Source: a virus (Duplodnaviria > Caudoviricetes). Taken from it: DNA of 50,947 nucleotides. This document shows positions 44,259 through 50,947 of the stretch, piece after piece. Each line of letters begins with the position of its first letter. Positions within the stretch are counted from its first letter, which is position 1. Both the position numbers and the translations under genes were made by a program. The stretch lies in IMG/VR virus record IMGVR_UViG_3300042904_000032, positions 1 to 50,947 of that record; one strand, given 5' to 3'. The notes under the pieces were generated by a model. The model saw only the letters and a program-made list of their open reading frames with translations. It had not been told where the DNA came from and searched no databases.

Positions 44259-45206
44259 GTGGCTAATCTAGCAACAATGTTCCCACAAGTGGATATGAAT
44301 CAATTGGGTCCAGTGGGCGGAATGATGCTTGGAGACATGTTTAATATTGCAAAACAAAATAATAATATTAATCAACAATCAGCATTAGCGTCAGAACAGC
44401 GGAATCAGGAAATGCATCCCTTGGATATGGGCTTTAAACAAGCTCAAACTGGGTATCAAGATGCTCTTTCTAGGAATACTAATGCTCAGGCAGATAAGTC
44501 TATTTGGGACCTAGAACAAGACAAGCGTCTTGCTGAACCTAAATATCAATCTGAATTAGCTAAGCTACAGGCCTCTACTTCTGAGGCGGAGGTTAAGCAA
44601 GCTCATGCAAAAATTGAGCAGCAACTCATGTCTAAAGATCCCACTATCCGGAAACAGGCTGAGGGTATGTACAAGGCTACGGGGGATATGCTTAAACTCT
44701 ATGAAAAAGCCCGCTTAGAAAAAGATCAGGCTGTAACTGTGGCTGGGATGAACGCTGCTGCGGCTAAAGACCGTGCTTCTAATGCGGCTGCTCCTAGACT
44801 TCCACGTACAAATCAAGAAGGTTTGCAATATTGGATGTGGCAAGCAGCTAATACTACTGATCCAGCAGAGCAACAATATGCTGTGGCTATGGCTGAGCAG
44901 ATTAAACGTATTATGATGGAAACAAGCAATGCTCGTGCCCCCCAATATGTTGTGCCTGGAAGTCAGAATTTACAAGTAAATCCCAATGCTCCAGGAACTA
45001 ATACACCAATTACAGTGCCTCAGAAACCAGGGGTAACCCTTCCTCAAGATGGTGCTACAGCGGGTAGACCTGCTCGCCAGGAGGCAGCTAATAAGCCCCA
45101 GGCCCGATCAGGTTATGTAGTAGTTTATAAGAATGGAAAGCCAGTAGGTCAAGTACCACAAGGACAAGCAGAGTTAGCTAAGAAACAAGGATATACGTTA
45201 GAATAA
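44259..45206 (+). CDS. Internal virion/ejection protein
   Basis: Q/A-rich helical; second of three core-protein genes. Confidence 0.6.
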   Translation: MANLATMFPQVDMNQLGPVGGMMLGDMFNIAKQNNNINQQSALASEQRNQEMHPLDMGFKQAQTGYQDALSRNTNAQADKSIWDLEQDKRLAEPKYQSELAKLQASTSEAEVKQAHAKIEQQLMSKDPTIRKQAEGMYKATGDMLKLYEKARLEKDQAVTVAGMNAAAAKDRASNAAAPRLPRTNQEGLQYWMWQAANTTDPAEQQYAVAMAEQIKRIMMETSNARAPQYVVPGSQNLQVNPNAPGTNTPITVPQKPGVTLPQDGATAGRPARQEAANKPQARSGYVVVYKNGKPVGQVPQGQAELAKKQGYTLE

Positions 45207-45207
45207 A

Positions 45208-48200
45208 ATGGACAAACTTCAATTAGAGCCATTAGACATTGAGCCCCTAGACACTGGGGCTCTTTCCATTATTCCATTAGACGAGGAGAAAGAGAAAGCT
45301 TCGATTGGTGAGAATATCTACTCATCTTTTGCTGATGTCGGTAATACGGTCGACAAGGCTTGGTCCGGGCTAGCCGGCGCTTTAGCTGGTATGTTTGATC
45401 AAGATGAAGCCGATGATATTTACAAGAATCTACAAGACCGTGTAAAAACTCGTCAGCAAATGTCCAATCCCCAGAATAAAGAACGTTCTTTTAGTGGGAA
45501 GGTGGGAGGTGCTCTAGCCACTCTCCCAATGCAGATGCTGTCTTTCCCTCTTTCTCCGTTTGAAACTGGTCAAACAATGATTGATAAAGGGGAAACTCTC
45601 CCACGTGCTTTAGCTGGTACAGGTATTGATACAGTTGGTAATATGGTGGGAGTTGCTCTCCCTGGGAATGTGGGTAAAACTCTTCCAGGAAAGATTGCCT
45701 CAGGAGCAGCTATTAATGCTGCCCAAGATACAGCTGTACGAGCCGGGATCTCCAGCATGGCACAAAATCCAGCTACACAAGAAGCTCTTGGGCCTTCCCT
45801 GGAATCTGCTGCTATTTCTGGCCTTATTGGTGGAGGTTTAGGGGCCTTAGGGGGCCGTTCTACCCCCGATGAATACTCCCCTACACAGAGACCTGTAGAA
45901 ACGCCTGTAGAGCCTTCTAGGCCCCTTCCTGGGCCTACGGAACAGCTCCCTCTCCTAGACCTAGAGAACCAGGGCTTAATGGCCAATCCTTATGGGGCTA
46001 ACATAGGGGATTGGAGAATAGATGAGAATGGTGTGCCTGTTCGCATTGATCTGTCTATGGATCTACAAAATGTGCAGGAACCCTTACAAATGCATTTATG
46101 GGGAGATGAAGCTCAACCTCGTATTGATCCTATTGGGCAAGCTGCCACTTTAGCTGATGGTATTAGGCAGTTTGAAGAACAACCAATGCAAGGAGGCATT
46201 CCTCTAACGCAGGCCATCGATATGATGCCACCTGGTGAAGCCAGAACTACTGGTTTAAATATGCTCCGTCATATGGTGGAACCTAGCGGCGAGCTTCAGG
46301 GAGCTATTGCAGAGGCTAATAGGGCGGCTGGATCCGCTAGATTACCTTCTATGGGAACCTGGAATGGGGAAGTTAAACAAGACTCTCCGGCTACGCCCAT
46401 TGCACCAGAAACGATCCTAGCCAAAACTGAACGTGCCCAAAAGGCTTCAGCTATTGGCCTGGAAAACACCCCGTATCATCGGGTGGCTACACGTGAAGAA
46501 GCTTTAGCTGGTGTAAATAAGTCCACTGATATGTCAGCTATGGGAGCCAGTAACTTCCGTTCTGGGACTGAAGCGGTTGTACGGACCAATGTAAAGAATA
46601 AACCCTTAAACTATGTACGTAATGTTTTTCAAGAAGGTAGGAATGCTGCTGAGCGTCTGAGTAAGGAGTATATCACAGCCCCTAAGACTGGGCTGGTCGC
46701 TACTATTAAAGCCCTTTCTCCACAAGAGAAGGCGGATTTAGCGGGAGTCTTAAAAGATCTTTCAGATAGGCAATTAGAATTCACTCCGGAATTGGCCCAA
46801 CAATTACATCTAACTCCTAAGCAAATTGCTGCTGCTGAAGCGGCCTATAAGGCCCTGGAAGCACGTTATGTGTCTGCCTCAGATGCAATGATGTCTATGG
46901 GGTTTGAGCCATTTAAGCCACGCAAGGGGTACATGCCCGCTATGTTTGACGGGGCTTATCTGTCGTTCATTGGTAAGTATGACAAAGATGGTAAGTTTAT
47001 TACCACGGGTATTGCTCAATCTGACACTGCGTGGGGTTTAAAGAAAGCTGTAGAGAAATATAAATCTCTGGGTCCGGATTATCAAGTAGAACTCAAGCAG
47101 CCAAAACGCCAGCTTAAAGAGGGGACTATTCAAGGTAAGTCTTATAATGGTTTTAATGATCTTGTTGCGCGGCTAGCAGAGATTGATCCTAAATTTGCAG
47201 ACGCTAAGAAGATTGTAGACCAGCATACTGCTGATCAAGTTAAAGCACTCTATCGATATGACGTACATGAACTCAAAAAGAACAATGTGAAAGGCTCCCT
47301 TGGTGATCGACCCTGGCTCTCTAAGAGAGAGAATGCTGATCAATTCTTTGATGCAATCATTGATTATGCTGAGCAAGGCTATCGCTATGACAGCATGCAG
47401 AAGCCTTTGAATGAACTTGGTGCTCTAGTATCTGATCCTAAGATGAATGCAGATATGCCTAACACTGTGACATATCTAAATAAATATAAGGATCATATTA
47501 CTGGTCATGGGCTCAATGCTGTGGGTGCTTTGAGCAATTCTATTGTAAATAAGGTGAGTATGGGATTCTCTCCTAGACTTCCCACCAAGGCTGTGCAGGC
47601 TCTGGCTAATGTGTCATCTAGTCTGATGATGGGTTTCTTTAACATTGGCTTTGCCGGCATGCAGCTTACCCAATATCTAACATCAGGTGTACCCGAAGCT
47701 ATGGCTATTAGAGCTAGTTTAGGACTGGAACCAGAAGCTGTATCTAAGACTATGGCTCTCACAGGCCCTTACACCGCTCTTATGGCACTTGGTAAAAGAG
47801 ATCTTGTGCCCCCTCATTTAGCACACGCGTACGATTGGGCACATAAGAATGGGATGTTTGATTATTCGGAAGCGGAACTTGCTCATGAAGTGAACAAGTC
47901 AAAAGGACGTATTGTAGCGGGGAAGATTATCAATGCTCCAATCATCTACAGCGAGAAGATGACGCGACCCCCATTATTTATGGCCTTCGTTGATATGTTC
48001 AACAAAGCCGGATATAAGGGAGAAGATGCCTTATTGCGGGCACAGGAAGCAACTGATTATGCAATGGTGAATTACCATGCAGATGAGCGGCCTGGAATCT
48101 ATCAGGCCATGGGAAGTGTGGGACAAATGCTAGGTGCTCTAACTACCTATAAGCATAATTTCATTGAGCAACAAACAAGTCGTATTATTAATGCTAAACA

Positions 48201-48987
48201 ACACCCAGCGGCCTTAGCCGCCACATTGGGAATGGTGTTTGGGTTGTATGGTATTGCTGGTATGGCAGGCTATCAGGAACTAAGCCAAATCTCAGAGGAA
48301 TTGCTAGGTAAGTCCATCCGTGAGCTTATCATGGAAGATCCTACCAAATCTAATGCCCTGCTTGATGGTGTGGCTAGTTGGTACAGCGGTATTGACATTC
48401 AAAGTCGACTAAGCCAATCCAGCATGTTTCCCGATAGTCCCCTGTCTGCTGCACCTCACGTAGCTAATACTGCTCGTATCTTAGGAGCTGCCGTTGAGGC
48501 GGGTAAGAATCGGGATGAGGCGTCTTGGAACAAGTTAGCCTCAGCAGCTATGCCCACATCAGCACGTCATATCTTTGAAGATACTATGTTAACTGATGAG
48601 CAAGGTAATGTCCGGGATTTCACTGGTAAGCTAAAGACTGAGCAACCACGCAATGAAGCAGAACGCACGGTAAAGAGAGTCACCGGTATGGCGCCCTTAC
48701 GGGAACGTATTGATCGGGACACTCTCTGGACCCAAAGACAACGGAGTATGGATAACCAACAAAAGATGAAAGATCTTTCTAAGCAATTTGAAGCCGCTAT
48801 TGTTCTTGGCGGGGATGTTAATAAACTGGTGCAGGAATATGCTACTTTAGGTGGAGATCCTCAACAACTCTTAAGCCGCATCCCTGAGATTATTCAACAA
48901 GCTAACATGACCCCAAAGCAAAGAGCCCAAGGTGTTCCCTCAGGCTCTCTACAAAGTTTACAACGGTTTAATGAATACAACCCATGA
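45208..48987 (+). CDS. Large internal virion (DNA ejection) protein
   Basis: 1259 aa, helical, last structural gene. Confidence 0.7.
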   Translation: MDKLQLEPLDIEPLDTGALSIIPLDEEKEKASIGENIYSSFADVGNTVDKAWSGLAGALAGMFDQDEADDIYKNLQDRVKTRQQMSNPQNKERSFSGKVGGALATLPMQMLSFPLSPFETGQTMIDKGETLPRALAGTGIDTVGNMVGVALPGNVGKTLPGKIASGAAINAAQDTAVRAGISSMAQNPATQEALGPSLESAAISGLIGGGLGALGGRSTPDEYSPTQRPVETPVEPSRPLPGPTEQLPLLDLENQGLMANPYGANIGDWRIDENGVPVRIDLSMDLQNVQEPLQMHLWGDEAQPRIDPIGQAATLADGIRQFEEQPMQGGIPLTQAIDMMPPGEARTTGLNMLRHMVEPSGELQGAIAEANRAAGSARLPSMGTWNGEVKQDSPATPIAPETILAKTERAQKASAIGLENTPYHRVATREEALAGVNKSTDMSAMGASNFRSGTEAVVRTNVKNKPLNYVRNVFQEGRNAAERLSKEYITAPKTGLVATIKALSPQEKADLAGVLKDLSDRQLEFTPELAQQLHLTPKQIAAAEAAYKALEARYVSASDAMMSMGFEPFKPRKGYMPAMFDGAYLSFIGKYDKDGKFITTGIAQSDTAWGLKKAVEKYKSLGPDYQVELKQPKRQLKEGTIQGKSYNGFNDLVARLAEIDPKFADAKKIVDQHTADQVKALYRYDVHELKKNNVKGSLGDRPWLSKRENADQFFDAIIDYAEQGYRYDSMQKPLNELGALVSDPKMNADMPNTVTYLNKYKDHITGHGLNAVGALSNSIVNKVSMGFSPRLPTKAVQALANVSSSLMMGFFNIGFAGMQLTQYLTSGVPEAMAIRASLGLEPEAVSKTMALTGPYTALMALGKRDLVPPHLAHAYDWAHKNGMFDYSEAELAHEVNKSKGRIVAGKIINAPIIYSEKMTRPPLFMAFVDMFNKAGYKGEDALLRAQEATDYAMVNYHADERPGIYQAMGSVGQMLGALTTYKHNFIEQQTSRIINAKQHPAALAATLGMVFGLYGIAGMAGYQELSQISEELLGKSIRELIMEDPTKSNALLDGVASWYSGIDIQSRLSQSSMFPDSPLSAAPHVANTARILGAAVEAGKNRDEASWNKLASAAMPTSARHIFEDTMLTDEQGNVRDFTGKLKTEQPRNEAERTVKRVTGMAPLRERIDRDTLWTQRQRSMDNQQKMKDLSKQFEAAIVLGGDVNKLVQEYATLGGDPQQLLSRIPEIIQQANMTPKQRAQGVPSGSLQSLQRFNEYNP

Positions 48988-49532
48988 TTACTCTAAAGCA
49001 ACTTCAGCATGTTTATAAGGAAGCACCTCTCGCGAGATTGCAGACATTTCTGCCATTGCTGATTGAAACAATGACTCAATATGAAATAAACACTCCCCAA
49101 CGGATGAGAATGTTCCTTGCTCAGATAGGGCATGAATCTGGGCAGTTGTGTTATACTGAAGAGTTAGCGAGTGGTAGCGATTATGAGGGCCGGAAGGATC
49201 TTGGAAATGATGTTCCAGGTGACGGTGTACGCTACAAGGGAAGGGGTTTAATCCAATTAACTGGGCGAACGAACTATCAACTAGCGAGTATGGGTCTGGA
49301 TATTGATTTGGTTGATAAGCCAGAAACCCTATCTCAACCGCAATACGCGGCCCTGTCGGCTGGTTGGTTTTGGAAAAATAATAACTTAAATACATTATGT
49401 GACTCCGGACAGTTTAAAGAACTGTCCTATAGAATTAATGGTAGGAAAAAGAAGGTTAACGGGGTTATGCCTGATCCAAATGGTTATGCAGATAGGTACA
49501 AACTCTATCAGCGAGCTTGCGAAGTCATTTAG
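48984..49532 (+). CDS. Endolysin, GH19 chitinase/lysozyme-like
   Basis: FLAQIGHES, EE, YKGRGLIQLTGR.NY, SA.WFW, ING. Confidence 0.92.
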   Translation: MITLKQLQHVYKEAPLARLQTFLPLLIETMTQYEINTPQRMRMFLAQIGHESGQLCYTEELASGSDYEGRKDLGNDVPGDGVRYKGRGLIQLTGRTNYQLASMGLDIDLVDKPETLSQPQYAALSAGWFWKNNNLNTLCDSGQFKELSYRINGRKKKVNGVMPDPNGYADRYKLYQRACEVI

Positions 49533-49552
49533 CACTATCGTTCGCTAAATGT

Positions 49553-49578
49553 AAAAGAGGGCCATTGGCCCTCTTTTT
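49553..49578. terminator. Bidirectional intrinsic terminator between the two arms
   Basis: AAAAGAGGGCC-ATT-GGCCCTCTTTTT. Confidence 0.9.
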
Positions 49579-50029
49579 ATTTGACAGTGTATTCCTTAGT
49601 ACCATGCCCTGTGAAAGGATCATGTTTACTAGCTAATACCACCGCCTCTTTAGGGGTTTTACCAGCAGCCATAGCACCAAGAGCAATGTGACATCCTGAT
49701 CCAATAGCATAATCTGGTTGATCCACTACAAGCCAATCTTTTAAATTTCTACTGGTAAGTAGCTTATCCTTTGTAAGCATTAAGAATTCTGTGCCCTTAA
49801 TGTTAGGAAGTTTACCTCCAGTAGACAACCATCCCCAAGCAGAGGAAATTCCGTCTGCGTCTCCACAAGCACCAATAACTGCTTCCTCTACACCAAAGAG
49901 TTCCTTAGCTACTTCTTTGTTAATTTCATAACATTTGGTGGCACCTTTAAATTTAAGCCCATTGCTATGTGAGAATTGTCTGTCACATACAATGGTGTGC
50001 GTCCTTAAGCTAGCTGCAATAGTCGTCAC
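49577..50029 (-). CDS. HslV/proteasome-beta-like Ntn peptidase
   Basis: MTTIAA N-terminal Thr, D.Q, K, AIGSG...ALGAM..G...EAV..A...D..TG. Confidence 0.8.
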   Translation of the reverse strand: MTTIAASLRTHTIVCDRQFSHSNGLKFKGATKCYEINKEVAKELFGVEEAVIGACGDADGISSAWGWLSTGGKLPNIKGTEFLMLTKDKLLTSRNLKDWLVVDQPDYAIGSGCHIALGAMAAGKTPKEAVVLASKHDPFTGHGTKEYTVK

Positions 50030-50136
50030 TTAATGGCCTTTTTATCTTGATATGCCTCATAAAAGGGTTTCATATCTTGCCTTAACTTTTGTTCTAGAGC
50101 CTTAGCTAATTCTGGATACCATTCTTTAGATCCCAC
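50026..50136 (-). CDS. Small hypothetical protein (36 aa)
   Basis: GTG after a purine-rich RBS; bridges the RNR and peptidase genes. Confidence 0.4.
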   Translation of the reverse strand: MGSKEWYPELAKALEQKLRQDMKPFYEAYQDKKAIK

Positions 50137-50947
50137 AGCTTCCCCCTTTTCCGCTAATTTCACATACGTCGTTTTCTTCGTAGACGACGCCTTTGTGTTT
50201 GAGGGCTTCGTCGTAGGAACATTCTGTGATGGGTTGACCTCCTCTAGAACCATCTGGATAGGCGGTAAAGCCCCGAAGCCTTGGAGCATACTTTGCAAGC
50301 GTTTCTGCAAACTTTCCAACAACTGATTCATTGTTATCTTTCGAGCCCCAAGCAGGTAAGTTGATTGTACTGGAAATTGACATGTCAACGTAATCTTGTA
50401 CGTCTGCTTGGAATTTAATTCGTTGCTCATAATTATGACTTAGCTTGTAAGCGGTGTCGATGTTCTCTGGAGAAAGCCCGTATTGGCGAATGAGTTGATC
50501 TGCTGTGCTGTCAACAACATATTCATACTTCCATTTAGTGCCGTCAGTAAGGTAGCGGCGCTTGTAGGCCACTGCAAAGAGAGGTTCAATACCGGTAGTA
50601 GTGCCAGCGAGGATGCCAATGGTGCCTGTTGGTGCAATTGCGCGATACGCAACTGGTTTAGATATGTAAAAACGCTCGCAATGATCATTTGCCGATTTTT
50701 CTGATTCTGATTCATATACTTTTAACCATTCATGTAATTCTGGAGTTACTTCGTATCCGTAGCCCCGTTTGAGGAGCCATTCGTGCATGCCCATAAGTCC
50801 GAGGCCAAGGCGCCGATTCTTTTCCCTAACTTTATAGACCTTTTCGTATGGTAAATCAGCTCGAAGGGTGCCGCAAACAAGGAACTTCGACGCCAAGGAG
50901 ACAACGGATTGGAACTCTTCCAAAGTTTCAATATTGCCCATGTTGAT
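50126..50947 (-). CDS. nrdJ: Class II ribonucleotide reductase, C-terminal part
   Basis: RRLGLG.MG, IAPTGT, TTGIEP, SISSTIN, YPDGSR, C-terminal Cys pair. Confidence 0.92.
   Translation of the reverse strand: MNMGNIETLEEFQSVVSLASKFLVCGTLRADLPYEKVYKVREKNRRLGLGLMGMHEWLLKRGYGYEVTPELHEWLKVYESESEKSANDHCERFYISKPVAYRAIAPTGTIGILAGTTTGIEPLFAVAYKRRYLTDGTKWKYEYVVDSTADQLIRQYGLSPENIDTAYKLSHNYEQRIKFQADVQDYVDMSISSTINLPAWGSKDNNESVVGKFAETLAKYAPRLRGFTAYPDGSRGGQPITECSYDEALKHKGVVYEENDVCEISGKGGSCGI
50821..50947. repeat. Terminal direct repeat, copy of 1-127
   Basis: Exact identity. Confidence 0.95.

Noticed and set aside
1-50947. CRISPR array, integrase, diversity-generating retroelement or genome-wide stop-codon reassignment
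   Set aside because: No repeat-spacer array, recombinase or reverse transcriptase seen; long genes are intact in the standard code and end in TAA, TAG or TGA

Overview
The window is a complete, circularly assembled lytic dsDNA phage genome. Bases 1-127 are identical to 50821-50947, giving a unit length of 50,820 bp, and the class II ribonucleotide reductase gene runs across that join. Two arms start divergently in a mostly non-coding control region (~22.4-24.7 kb, the likely physical end) and converge on a bidirectional terminator at ~49.55 kb. The minus-strand arm carries small early genes, a peptide/amide-ligase cluster (class I GATase, two COOH-NH2 ligases, class II GATase, ATP-grasp), primase, DnaB-like helicase, a family A polymerase split by a His-Me endonuclease gene, a deaminase, an exonuclease, nucleotide enzymes, NrdJ and an HslV-like peptidase. 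The plus-strand arm carries terminase, portal, GroES, capsid, podovirus-type tail and internal proteins, a tandem glycoside-hydrolase virion protein, a beta-helix tailspike and a GH19 endolysin. I saw no RNA polymerase, integrase, tRNA or CRISPR array. The layout resembles RNAP-less podoviruses of the PA11/CW02/RIO-1/cobavirus type (inference). Most notable signals: (1) two copies of a sigma70 promoter-hairpin-G5(N)G5/6-U-tract element, a candidate R-loop replication primer; (2) an apparent UUU-UGA +1 frameshift in the exonuclease; (3) several genes that appear to start at ATA/ATT/CTG; (4) a consensus sigma54 promoter and an rrn-type boxA with a structured leader; (5) the ligase cluster together with a proteasome-like peptidase. 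All protein calls come from motif recognition by eye, not database searches.
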